A DNA stretch of 38,134 nucleotides from an uncultured bacterium. GTDB lineage: Bacteria > Patescibacteriota > Minisyncoccia > Phycocordibacterales > PALSA-1337. Position numbers and translations under genes: made by a program. The notes beneath the pieces are model-generated. The model was not told the DNA's origin and ran no database searches. It was given only the letters and a program-made list of their open reading frames with translations. The stretch lies in contig CAIUUK010000043.1 of NCBI GenBank assembly GCA_903902315.1, positions 1 to 38,134 on the forward strand, in the 5' to 3' direction. Positions 17,632 to 28,370 of the stretch are shown here, one piece after another (positions within the stretch are counted from its first letter, which is position 1; each line of letters starts with the position of its first letter).

Positions 17632-19827
17632 ATGAACAACGAAAATAACAAACCAAATATCGCACCAAAAGTGCCTGGCCAACAGCCACCAAAAAGACCT
17701 TACTTTAATCGTTTCAATAAAACACGAACGATCACTTCATCATCAACTCCAGGAGCTTTTGCACCGAAGCCGGCAGGTCAAATCGCCAGCAACGGCCACC
17801 GCGTAGTTTTAGGTCGTGGTGCTCGCAAGATAGCCCCTTTCCGAAGACCTGCGACTAGTCAATTCCGCGCTCGTCCACAAGCTACAGGAGGAGTTGTAAC
17901 GCCTGCACACGCAGGAACACACTCACATACACACACGCCTTCAGTCTCAACTATATCATCCGCAGTTAAGCATGCATCACTTCCTGATAAACATGTCGCT
18001 GGTAGTCGTATGAATATCGTTAGACCTGATGCGGCTCGATCTATTCGCCGTGGACCAAACAAGCCAGTCATGAGACGTGATGGTGATGTCATTCCACCAC
18101 TTGCTCCAGAAACAGTTCGTATCATTCCACTTGGTGGCGTTGAGGAAATTGGTAAAAATATGACCGCTATCCAATATGGCGATGACATTATCGTTATCGA
18201 CATTGGTTTTCAATTCAAAGACGACGATACACCTGGTATTGATTTCATTTTGCCAAATACAAAATACCTCGAAGAACGCCAGGACAAGATTCGTGCAGTT
18301 ATTATAACTCACGGTCACCTAGACCATATCGGAGGTATTCCATATATCATGCCTCGAATCGGTAATCCACCTCTTTACACCCGTCTTCTTACTTCAGTCT
18401 TGATCCAAAAACGCCAGGAGGAGTTTGCGCATGTACCAAAGATCGACATACAAATCGTCGAGAAGAATTCGACTATTACTGTAGGTAAACTCAAAGTCAG
18501 ATTCTTCGCGGTGACACACACTATCCCTGATGCAATGGGTATCATCATCGAAACTCCCTACGGCTCAATCGTCCACACTGGCGACCTCAAACTTGACCAT
18601 GTCGACGGTGTTCCTACAGATAATGAAGTAGCTGAATATGAGCGTGCATTTCCTATAGTAACCGGCGGTGTCAATCAATTCGGCAATCCGGTCGCTAGCC
18701 CTACAAATGTACTCATCCTCATGGCCGATTCAACCAATGTAGAAAACCCAGGTTTTTCATTGTCAGAAAAAGTTGTGCACAGAAACCTTGAAAATATCAT
18801 CAAAGGTATGACTGGACGACTCATTATCGCAACATTCTCATCTCTCCTCGAGCGCCTCCTTAAAATCGTCGAGTTTGCAGAGCTCCACGGCAAAAAAGTC
18901 ATCGTTGAAGGACGCAGCCTCAAACAGAACATTGAGATTTGTAAACATCTCGGTCTTCTCAAAGCAAAAAAAGAAACGATCATATCAGTTGACGACATAG
19001 ACAAATATCCACCAGATCGGATCGTAATAATCTCGACTGGCGCACAGGCTAACGATTTCTCTGCTCTTGTCCGTATGTCTCAGAAGACTCATGCAAAAAT
19101 CAAGCTCACCCCACGCGACACTATCGTCCTTTCGTCATCAGTAATTCCAGGTAACGAGCGTGCTATTCAGAAGTTAAAAGATAACCTCTCACGTCAAGGT
19201 GCAAAGATTCTCCACTACAAAATCGCTGATGTTCACTCATCAGGTCACGCAAATCGCGATGAAACAGCTTGGATTCACCGTGCCATCAAACCAAAATTCT
19301 TCATGCCTCTCCACGGTTATCACTACATGTTACGTACTCACTGTGATATTGCCAAGGAAGCCAACGGACTCCTCGAAACAGATGTGGTCGTTCCTGATAA
19401 TGGCAACGTCATCGAGATCTGCGAAAAAGGAACTAAGCTCCTCAAGTTGAAGGAAAAGGCTCCATCAGGACTCGTCCTCGTCGATGGTTTCTCTGTTGGC
19501 GATGTTCAGGATGTTGTTATTCGTGATCGCCAAGCACTTGCACAAGACGGTATATTCATCATCTTTGGTATCATGAATGCCCAGACTGGTAAGCTCAAAA
19601 AATCTCCAGATATAATCTCTCGTGGTTTCGTCTATCTTCGTGAATCACAGGAACTCCTTCATGAAGTACGTCTACTTATTCGCGAGACTTCAGATGCTTC
19701 AACGAAAGGCATGAATCCTTTCAACCTCGATATAGTCAAAGAAAATATAACTGACGCTGTCCAGAAATATCTCCTCCAAAAAACAGCAAAAAGACCGATG
19801 GTTATTCCGGTTATACTTACGATATAG
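17632..19827 (+). CDS. rnj: Ribonuclease J with long basic N-terminal extension
   Basis: PLGGVEEIGKNM, THGHLDHIG, HTGDLK, HSSGHA, PLHG, RPMVIP. Confidence 0.95.
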   Translation: MNNENNKPNIAPKVPGQQPPKRPYFNRFNKTRTITSSSTPGAFAPKPAGQIASNGHRVVLGRGARKIAPFRRPATSQFRARPQATGGVVTPAHAGTHSHTHTPSVSTISSAVKHASLPDKHVAGSRMNIVRPDAARSIRRGPNKPVMRRDGDVIPPLAPETVRIIPLGGVEEIGKNMTAIQYGDDIIVIDIGFQFKDDDTPGIDFILPNTKYLEERQDKIRAVIITHGHLDHIGGIPYIMPRIGNPPLYTRLLTSVLIQKRQEEFAHVPKIDIQIVEKNSTITVGKLKVRFFAVTHTIPDAMGIIIETPYGSIVHTGDLKLDHVDGVPTDNEVAEYERAFPIVTGGVNQFGNPVASPTNVLILMADSTNVENPGFSLSEKVVHRNLENIIKGMTGRLIIATFSSLLERLLKIVEFAELHGKKVIVEGRSLKQNIEICKHLGLLKAKKETIISVDDIDKYPPDRIVIISTGAQANDFSALVRMSQKTHAKIKLTPRDTIVLSSSVIPGNERAIQKLKDNLSRQGAKILHYKIADVHSSGHANRDETAWIHRAIKPKFFMPLHGYHYMLRTHCDIAKEANGLLETDVVVPDNGNVIEICEKGTKLLKLKEKAPSGLVLVDGFSVGDVQDVVIRDRQALAQDGIFIIFGIMNAQTGKLKKSPDIISRGFVYLRESQELLHEVRLLIRETSDASTKGMNPFNLDIVKENITDAVQKYLLQKTAKRPMVIPVILTI

Positions 19828-19835
19828 TAGTTAGT

Positions 19836-19861
19836 AAAAAAGCGCCGCGTGGCGCTTTTTT
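19836..19861. terminator. Bidirectional intrinsic terminator
   Basis: AAAAAAGCGCC-GCGT-GGCGCTTTTTT between convergent genes. Confidence 0.9.
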
Positions 19862-19865
19862 AAAA

Positions 19866-21260
19866 TTATTGCAGCGCGTCAATCTGCGACTGTATACTGT
19901 TGCTATTAAAATAAGCCAGATTCAACACACTGTTACCGTATGCAGTTGCTCCAGTGACATAACCGCAAGCTTGACCTGAATAGTACTTACAAGCAGCGTT
20001 TTTTTGAGCTGAATAACTAGTTGAGTCTGCACCAAGATCTGCCATAAATATAGCTTCGGCCATGATAGCGTGTGCCGGATTCCATGGATTTGGAGTATCA
20101 GATAAACTAAGTTCACTAGTGATGCGATTAACCAGAAGCGTCCAGGTTGATGGAATGAACTGTGCAGGACCCATAGCACCACCCCAACCAAGTCCACCTA
20201 ACTGACATGACACAACCGTCTGATATGGATTAAGTCCAAGGGCTTTTGTAATATCCATAAAAATCGGCACATCACGAGTCGGTTTCATTACTTTTGAAAC
20301 AACGGTTCCATTAGTGACATAAACACCAGAACCGGTACTTGCATCAGTCAAATAACATTTTCCAACATTACCACCAAGGTTTGATTCTTGTTTCAAAATT
20401 GCCAACAGAAATGCTGGAGGAACGCCTGTTTTAATCGAAGCTGTTTGTGCATATTGCAAAGCGGTTCCAAAAGGAATCGGGTTCGATCCGCCAGCTAGGT
20501 TAAAGAGTGCCGCACGGATCTTTCCGGCAGTGGCCGCTTTTTCTGCAACAACAGCATTGTAGGCTTTTTCATTTCCTTTACTAATAGATAACAATTGTTT
20601 TTGCTGAGACTGATCTGCTTGAATAGCATTTTCCTGTTGTTGAATTGCATACCTTGCATCGGTTTCCTTATTCTGACGGACTGTCAGAGCGTCTTTTTCC
20701 GCAGATGTAGAAGCTTGATCGCTACGCAATGATGTAAAAGTAGTTTCTAAACTTTGTTGCAATGAATCAAAAGTATCAACATCTTTAAAGAAACCAGCTA
20801 CTGTAGATTGAGATAATAAAACTTCTGGTAATGAATATGTATCCATTTCTCTAGTCTTACGCAGGAGGTCAGCTAAAGTCTGTTTACCTTTATCAATATT
20901 ATTTTCTAAATCTGCAATGTGGTTTGTCTTATCTTGTATATCATTACCCAGAGTTTGTATAAGTAAGTTTTCGGCTTTTATGTCGAGTTGTGCCTTTTTT
21001 ATTTTGGCAGAAAGAACGGCTATAGCCTGTGATAAAGAGGCACTTTGACCTTGAGCCGCCAGAAGCTGTTGCTGTGCTACAGCCTCATCAGCGAGTACTT
21101 GTTGAAGCTGTGCCTGACACGCAATCTTCTCGGCAGGAGTATTACATTGAGGGGTTAAAGAAGTCTGTGCGTTAGTTACATACGGTTGAACAAAAAAAGG
21201 AATAGTGAACAAAAATCCTGTAATAAAAAAATAGTGACCGCTTTTCATTCTTATATTCAT
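19866..21260 (-). CDS. Exported coiled-coil protein with C-terminal lytic transglycosylase (SLT-like) domain
   Basis: Signal/TM, long coiled coil, AILKQESNLG, GAMGPAQFIPSTW; start at 21260 (TATAAT 7 nt upstream). Confidence 0.82.
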   Translation of the reverse strand: MNIRMKSGHYFFITGFLFTIPFFVQPYVTNAQTSLTPQCNTPAEKIACQAQLQQVLADEAVAQQQLLAAQGQSASLSQAIAVLSAKIKKAQLDIKAENLLIQTLGNDIQDKTNHIADLENNIDKGKQTLADLLRKTREMDTYSLPEVLLSQSTVAGFFKDVDTFDSLQQSLETTFTSLRSDQASTSAEKDALTVRQNKETDARYAIQQQENAIQADQSQQKQLLSISKGNEKAYNAVVAEKAATAGKIRAALFNLAGGSNPIPFGTALQYAQTASIKTGVPPAFLLAILKQESNLGGNVGKCYLTDASTGSGVYVTNGTVVSKVMKPTRDVPIFMDITKALGLNPYQTVVSCQLGGLGWGGAMGPAQFIPSTWTLLVNRITSELSLSDTPNPWNPAHAIMAEAIFMADLGADSTSYSAQKNAACKYYSGQACGYVTGATAYGNSVLNLAYFNSNSIQSQIDALQ

Positions 21261-21380
21261 TCCATTAATTATAGCAAAAAAACTCTCCACTCGGGTGATT
21301 TTAGCTTATTTCTGAACAATTTTATGGCTCAATTTAAGGGAACAGAATGAGTCTTAGGTGGTAGATAATTTTAATTTAGC

Positions 21381-21400
21381 CACTTCAGTTGACTGAAGTG
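21381..21400. repeat. 20-bp palindromic repeat CACTTCAGTTGACTGAAGTG (intergenic copy)
   Basis: Identical copy at 30247-30266; variants at 30532-30551 and 26242-26260. Confidence 0.8.
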
Positions 21401-21530
21401 CCGAGTTTTTCTAAACTATACCCTCGAGTAAAAATACATAGACAAAAACACCCTAATAGACTGGAATAATCCAGACGCCTACAGACTAGTAAATACTAGT
21501 TTAATTTCTAAAACCCGTCCAAAGTTTGCC

Positions 21531-22211
21531 TTATTTTTTTGCTTCCTTCTTTTCAGCCTTGTCACCTGCAGGAGCAGCAGCTTCATCACCTTCCTTAACC
21601 TCCTTACCCTTTGCTTCAACTTCGATAGCTGACATATCAATTGCTGCTGGAGCTTCTTCCTTTTCTTCACGAGGCTCTGCAACAGAGGTCACAACTTCAT
21701 CAGGATTGATTTTGAGCTCAACACCATTTGGAAGAACTATATCCTTTGCACGAACTACATCTGAAAATTCTACAAGCTTTGAAATATCGATTGAAAGTTC
21801 GTGTGGGAGATCGCGAGGGGCAGCTTCAATTTCAACTTCACGGTGAACTTTAACGAGAATACCACCTTTATCTTTTACTGCTGGAGCGATGCCAGTGTAA
21901 ACAAGGTGAACATGAACTTTAACCTTCTTTCCTTTTTCAATAACATAAAAATCGGCATGACGAGGTTCGCCTGTGAGAGGATGAATATCTACTTCGTGAA
22001 TGAGTGCTTCGTGTTCATTTGAGCCTTCTTTGAGGATGATAACTGATGATTCACCAGCCTTTTTCCAGATTTTCTTGAATTCTGCAAGAGGAATTGAAAT
22101 GGATGTTGAAGCTTCCTTTGGGCCATAAAAGACCGCAGGCATAAGGTTTTTAGCCCTCACTTCGTCCAATTTTCCAACAATACTGCGTTTTTCTACGTTT
22201 AATGTAAGCAT
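21531..22211 (-). CDS. rplY: 50S ribosomal protein bL25 (Ctc long form)
   Basis: MPAVFYG, HPLTGEPRHADFY, beta domain, acidic tail; start MLTLNV at 22211. Confidence 0.93.
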   Translation of the reverse strand: MLTLNVEKRSIVGKLDEVRAKNLMPAVFYGPKEASTSISIPLAEFKKIWKKAGESSVIILKEGSNEHEALIHEVDIHPLTGEPRHADFYVIEKGKKVKVHVHLVYTGIAPAVKDKGGILVKVHREVEIEAAPRDLPHELSIDISKLVEFSDVVRAKDIVLPNGVELKINPDEVVTSVAEPREEKEEAPAAIDMSAIEVEAKGKEVKEGDEAAAPAGDKAEKKEAKK

Positions 22212-22279
22212 TTGAGTCAATAAATAATATAGTAAGAATGTTGGGCTATTATACACGAAGCATTAGGAATGTCAAAACA

Positions 22280-23041
22280 TTAATCGATTGGATTATTATA
22301 TACCCTTACGTTATCGAGAAGACCATCAAAACCGTTACCTGGACCATAGTATGCAGAATTACCGAAAGAAGTCGGACTAAGAGGCCCATAATAACCAGAA
22401 AAATCCTTAGTAACGAATGAACTTAAGTTTCCATTAATATATAAACTTTCTTTTTTTGTAAGAGTATTCCAAGATACCAATATATGCGACCACTTCATAG
22501 AAGGTAGTTTAGTTGTAAATGAGCCTTGTGTAACATTTCCATTATTATTAATCACAGTTTGAAACCAACCACCAACAATAGGTATGGAACTAGCATTTGA
22601 TCCCTCAGGGTAAATCCAAAAAGATACAGCTAAGCCATTATTTGGAAAAGTTGGATGGGAATCCGAACCAACTGGAAAAAATGATGAGTACGGGATACTA
22701 CACACCATACCCTCTCCAAGCGAAATAGCGCCGCCACTTACACCACCGGAAACTGCCGTAACTCCACCAGTGCAAGTCATTGGCATATTATACTGAGAGT
22801 TACTTTTCTCAGAAGTGACCACACTTCCAACGCTATCAGTATTAAAATCATATAAAGCTATAGCGTTAGCTCCATATGCATGATAAGTATGGTCGTCGAA
22901 TTGTAGTCCTGCACCAATATTACCCTTCTGTCTCGCATCCTGAAGCGCCGCCAAAACAACTCCGGAGAGCAATCCAATAATAGAAATAACCACCAATAGT
23001 TCTATGAGCGTAAAACCTCTACTTCTTGATTGTTTGATCAT
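22280..23041 (-). CDS. Type IV pilin-like protein with C-terminal LamG/ConA-like domain
   Basis: G|FTLIELLVVISIIGLL prepilin motif; VSFWI, WSHILVSW, LYING, FDGLLDNVRVY. Confidence 0.88.
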   Translation of the reverse strand: MIKQSRSRGFTLIELLVVISIIGLLSGVVLAALQDARQKGNIGAGLQFDDHTYHAYGANAIALYDFNTDSVGSVVTSEKSNSQYNMPMTCTGGVTAVSGGVSGGAISLGEGMVCSIPYSSFFPVGSDSHPTFPNNGLAVSFWIYPEGSNASSIPIVGGWFQTVINNNGNVTQGSFTTKLPSMKWSHILVSWNTLTKKESLYINGNLSSFVTKDFSGYYGPLSPTSFGNSAYYGPGNGFDGLLDNVRVYNNPID

Positions 23042-23076
23042 ATTATTATTGAAAATGCGCCGATAATTACAAGTAA

Positions 23077-23193
23077 TTAAAAAAGAAAATACTTAAGGAT
23101 CAGAAAAGTCACCAAAAAATTACATCCGGCACTAGCAAACAAGATTACTCGTGTTGAGAGTGGCAATTGTGCGGTGAGAGTCTTTGTTTTCAT
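23077..23193 (-). CDS. Putative 38-aa single-TM microprotein
   Basis: Hand translation MKTKTLTAQLPLSTRVILFASAGCNFLVTFLILKYFLF; co-oriented and fills the gap before the pilin gene. Confidence 0.5.
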   Translation of the reverse strand: MKTKTLTAQLPLSTRVILFASAGCNFLVTFLILKYFLF

Positions 23194-23211
23194 ATTTTTT
23201 TAAGTTTAAAA

Positions 23212-23475
23212 TTAATGGAGCACGTAGAAATACATGATAAAACCTGTGGCGATAAAATTGATCATGACGATGGCAATGAGGAATACCTTGGCACCAGAAT
23301 CACTACTGATGATACCGTGACGAACGAGCCAGTTTGCCATACCGACATTTGATGAAGCACCAGATGAAGGAGCGTAAACATTACTCATCAAATTGGCTCC
23401 ATGACTCGCACCTGAGTTACGATTATTGTAACGTGGGTTATTATCTATATCTGATTCAAATTCTATGTCTGACAT
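23212..23475 (-). CDS. Small tail-anchored membrane protein
   Basis: Polar N-terminus, C-terminal TM; TATAAT 6 nt before ATG. Confidence 0.7.
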   Translation of the reverse strand: MSDIEFESDIDNNPRYNNRNSGASHGANLMSNVYAPSSGASSNVGMANWLVRHGIISSDSGAKVFLIAIVMINFIATGFIMYFYVLH

Positions 23476-23509
23476 ATATTTATTATATCATTAAGCATTA
23501 CCAAACCAC

Positions 23510-24373
23510 CTACAAGTTGTTCACAATCCTCAACTTTTCTTCAACGACCCTTTGCATAGCCAATTTTGCTGGTTTGAGGAACTTATACGGAGCCACTTCA
23601 TCATGATTATCTGAAAGCGACTTCACCAACCCTGACCTGTAAGCTAAACGAAGTTCAGTGTTTACATGCACAACAGCTACACCATTTTTAATTGATTTTT
23701 CAATATCATCTGCAGTATTACCAGATGCACCATGTAAAACCAGAGGGATTTTGACGGCTTCGGCAATCTCTTTTACGCGTTTCGTATTCAGAGCCGGGTC
23801 ACCCCCTACGACAACTCCGTGGATATTTCCTACAGCTGGAGCGAGCATATCTACACCAGTTTCAGTGACGAACTGTAGAGCAACTTCAGGTTTGGTCATA
23901 TTTACATCGCCGACGATAGCGCCAGCAGGAATCTCACTCAAAACTTTCGATGAAGTACCGATAAATCCGAGCTCACCTTCTACTATCACATCACGACCAC
24001 TGGCACGAGCATAATCCACACACTTTTTTGTTATCTTTACATTTTCTTCAAAAGACAATTGGGCACCATCGAATATAACCGAATCGAAGCCTGCATCTAT
24101 AGCTTCTTTTACCCTATCAAACGAATAGGTGTGATCTGCATTGATGAATATTGGTTGATTTCTTTCTTCGCGAATACTTTTTACTATAGCTACTGCTTGG
24201 CGAACACCAACATAATCTCTTTCGCCTTCAGATACGCCAATAATTACAGGAACATTGAGGGCTTGCGCCGCATCAGCAACCGCCCAAATACCATCAAGCG
24301 TGGATATATTGAAATGACCAACTGCAGTTCCCTTATTTCGAGCCTCTTGGATGTATTCTCGTAACGGCAACAT
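23510..24373 (-). CDS. fba: Class II fructose-bisphosphate aldolase
   Basis: NADH zinc motif, VEGELG, AVGNIHG, LVLHGASG, NTELR. Confidence 0.93.
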   Translation of the reverse strand: MLPLREYIQEARNKGTAVGHFNISTLDGIWAVADAAQALNVPVIIGVSEGERDYVGVRQAVAIVKSIREERNQPIFINADHTYSFDRVKEAIDAGFDSVIFDGAQLSFEENVKITKKCVDYARASGRDVIVEGELGFIGTSSKVLSEIPAGAIVGDVNMTKPEVALQFVTETGVDMLAPAVGNIHGVVVGGDPALNTKRVKEIAEAVKIPLVLHGASGNTADDIEKSIKNGVAVVHVNTELRLAYRSGLVKSLSDNHDEVAPYKFLKPAKLAMQRVVEEKLRIVNNL

Positions 24374-24390
24374 GATGTTACAATAATACC

Positions 24391-25386
24391 ATGTTTAATA
24401 AGCAAATTGATATCCTTGCTATTGGTGACACAACCACTGACGCATTTATCCGACTCAAGGATGCCAGTGTTCACTGCAAAATCAACACAAATGATTGCGA
24501 AATTTGTTTACCTTTTGGTGACAAAATTCCTTTTGAATATGTAAAAATTGTAAAAGCTGTTGGTAATGCTGCAAATGCTGCTGTTTCTGCTTCACGATTA
24601 GGGTTACGTGCTGGACTTGTTTCAAACCTTGGTGACGATCAAGGTGGTAAAGATGACATGGCTGAACTTCAGAAAAACGGTGTTATTACAAAATTTGTAA
24701 AGATAAATGTAAACAAACCTAGTAACTATCACTTCGTACTTTGGTATGAAGTTGATCGAACTATTTTGGTTAAACACACTGATTATAATTATGCTCTTCC
24801 GAAATTCCCTGCACCAAAATGGATTTACCTCACATCTCTAGCTTCATCTACTTATAATTACCATCTGGAGATTGCAGATTACCTTGAAAAAAACCGTAGA
24901 GTCAAACTTGCCTTTCAGCCAGGAACTTTTCAGATGGAACTTGGTGTAGAAAAACTTGCACAAATATACAAGCGTACTGATTTATTTATAGTAAATGTTG
25001 AAGAAGCCCAGAGAATCATGAAAACAAAAACTCGTGACATCAAAGCTCTCTTGAAAAATCTAGCTGATCTTGGACCAAAAATGGTGGCTATTACAGATAA
25101 TACAAATGGTGCATATCTCTACACTGGTGAGCATTACTATCATGTACCAATGTATCCAGATCCTCGACCGGCTTTTGAGCGCACTGGTTGCGGGGATGCA
25201 TGGGCTTCAACATTCGTTTCAGCTTTAGCGCTTGGTAAAGATCCGCTCGAAGCGCTCATCTGGGCTCCAGTAAATCCAATGTCAGTGGCACAATTCGTTG
25301 GTGCTCAAGAAGGTTTACTCACTCGTGAACAATTACAATGGTGGCTTGAACGTGCACCAGAGGAATATAAACCAAAAGAAATATGA
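24391..25386 (+). CDS. PfkB-family carbohydrate kinase
   Basis: GNAANAAVSASRLG, LGDD, NVEEA, TGCGDAW. Confidence 0.9.
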   Translation: MFNKQIDILAIGDTTTDAFIRLKDASVHCKINTNDCEICLPFGDKIPFEYVKIVKAVGNAANAAVSASRLGLRAGLVSNLGDDQGGKDDMAELQKNGVITKFVKINVNKPSNYHFVLWYEVDRTILVKHTDYNYALPKFPAPKWIYLTSLASSTYNYHLEIADYLEKNRRVKLAFQPGTFQMELGVEKLAQIYKRTDLFIVNVEEAQRIMKTKTRDIKALLKNLADLGPKMVAITDNTNGAYLYTGEHYYHVPMYPDPRPAFERTGCGDAWASTFVSALALGKDPLEALIWAPVNPMSVAQFVGAQEGLLTREQLQWWLERAPEEYKPKEI

Positions 25387-26225
25387 AAAAAATAAAAAAA
25401 TACCGAGGTTTCACTCTCATTGAACTTTTGGTGGTGATTTCTATTATTGGACTTCTGTCCAGTGTAATTTTGGCGGCATTGAATAATGCAAGACAAAAAG
25501 GAGTGGTCGCTTCAGGAATAACTTTTGCAGATCATAACTATCACTTTCTAGGTATAGGATCATTGTTTATGTATAACTTTAACAATGATCCCGACAACAA
25601 CACAGTAATTGATTCGTCTGGTAACGGACTAACTGCTAGCGTTAATTCTGGCTCTACCAGAAGTGCTGTAACTCCTTCTGGTTCTGGCAAGTCCCTATCT
25701 CTAAGTGGACAATATATTGATTTATATGGGGATAAACTAACTCAACTAACTAGTGCCATGACCTTAAACAGTTTTACTTATGGCGTATGGGTCAATGTAT
25801 CAAGCGATTGCTCGAGTTCTCCTTATACTAGTTGTGCGCTTTTAACAATTAGTTACAATGGCGACAGTGATGATTGGGCGGAGTTATATATTGATGGTTC
25901 AAATTTAACTTTTGCTAGCCCTGGAATACTCCCTCTCTTTTCAGCCAATCAAAGTATACAAAAAAATAAATGGCAGTATGTAACTCTAAGCTGTAAAATT
26001 AGTAGCAATACATGCGCTGGTTATCTAAACGGTAAAAGTATTGGCAACATAAACGGTCTAGAAGGTATGCCTAATATTAGTAATATAAATGAGATTATGG
26101 TTGCTCAAGGTAATTACACTGGTTTGATAGATGATGCAAATTTTTATACCTCCGCACTCTCCGACGGACAAATTAACGAGATTTATGCAGAGGGACTAAA
26201 GACTCATCAATTGGCCCAGAAATAA
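25383..26225 (+). CDS. Type IV pilin-like protein with C-terminal LamG/ConA-like domain
   Basis: G|FTLIELLVVISIIGLL; DSSGNG, FTYGVWV, WQYV, YLNG, GLIDD...LSDGQI..IY; ATGA overlap with pfkB. Confidence 0.88.
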   Translation: MKKIKKYRGFTLIELLVVISIIGLLSSVILAALNNARQKGVVASGITFADHNYHFLGIGSLFMYNFNNDPDNNTVIDSSGNGLTASVNSGSTRSAVTPSGSGKSLSLSGQYIDLYGDKLTQLTSAMTLNSFTYGVWVNVSSDCSSSPYTSCALLTISYNGDSDDWAELYIDGSNLTFASPGILPLFSANQSIQKNKWQYVTLSCKISSNTCAGYLNGKSIGNINGLEGMPNISNINEIMVAQGNYTGLIDDANFYTSALSDGQINEIYAEGLKTHQLAQK

Positions 26226-26258
26226 TTTACTTGAAAATAGTCATTTTAGTGACTAAAG

Positions 26259-27566
<1,308 letters not shown>

Positions 27567-27568
27567 TT

Positions 27569-28282
27569 ATGTCATCTACAAACAAAGTTCCTATAAATAA
27601 AAATAATAACCCGATTATTCGATCAGAAATTCATGCCAAAGAAGTTGAAACTCACCTAGAACGCATTCACCGTGAATTCGCGGATGGATTCGATTTTCTC
27701 TCCAGATATCCAAAATCGGTTACAATCTTCGGCTCATCACTTGCTGCAAAAGATAGTGAGCATTACAAAAAAGCTTATGAACTCGGTGGACGAATCGCTT
27801 CTGACCTCAAATACGCCGTCATGACTGGTGGTGGTCCTGGTATCATGGAGGCTGCCAACAAAGGTGCATACGAAGCAGATGGCGTCTCACTAGGTATGAA
27901 TATCAGTCTGCCACATGAACACTCGGTCAATCCATATGTCACTCGTTCGATGAAATTCGCTTATTTCTTTTCTCGAAAAGCCATGATGGATTTTGCTGCA
28001 GAGGCATATGTTTATTTTCCGGGAGGCTTCGGGACTTTTGACGAACTTTTCAGTGTCCTCACATTGATCAAAACTGGAAAAATTCCACATGTGCCAATCA
28101 TTTTGATGGATTCACATTTTTGGAATCCCTTCAAAGTAACAATTCAAAAAACAATGTTGGATACATATCATGCAATTGAAGACCGCGACATGAACCTCTT
28201 CCATGTTACAGATTCAATTGACGAAGCCTTAGAAATAATCAAGAAAGCGCCTGTAAGCGAATGGTGGAGAAATATAAACTAG
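27569..28282 (+). CDS. LOG family phosphoribohydrolase (TIGR00730-like)
   Basis: VTIFGS, TGGGPGIMEAANKGA, FFSRK, PGGFGTFDE. Confidence 0.92.
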   Translation: MSSTNKVPINKNNNPIIRSEIHAKEVETHLERIHREFADGFDFLSRYPKSVTIFGSSLAAKDSEHYKKAYELGGRIASDLKYAVMTGGGPGIMEAANKGAYEADGVSLGMNISLPHEHSVNPYVTRSMKFAYFFSRKAMMDFAAEAYVYFPGGFGTFDELFSVLTLIKTGKIPHVPIILMDSHFWNPFKVTIQKTMLDTYHAIEDRDMNLFHVTDSIDEALEIIKKAPVSEWWRNIN

Positions 28283-28308
28283 TAATCAGAAATCTGTAAA
28301 TAGTAAAT

Positions 28309-28340
28309 GAAAACATCCCACATTTCTGCGGGATGTTTTC
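28309..28340. terminator. Likely bidirectional terminator
   Basis: GAAAACATCCC...GGGATGTTTTC 11-bp stem between convergent genes. Confidence 0.8.
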
Positions 28341-28370
28341 TTGCTTACTTACAGACGAGTAATATTTAAA

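Noticed and set aside
21450-21501. Short hairpins CTGGA-ATAA-TCCAG and ACTAGTA-AA-TACTAGT after rplY
   Set aside because: Short stems; plausibly termination signals or chance, not enough for an ncRNA call
22280-26225. Diversity-generating retroelement or shufflon acting on the pilins
   Set aside because: No reverse transcriptase, recombinase or adenine-specific TR/VR pair in the window
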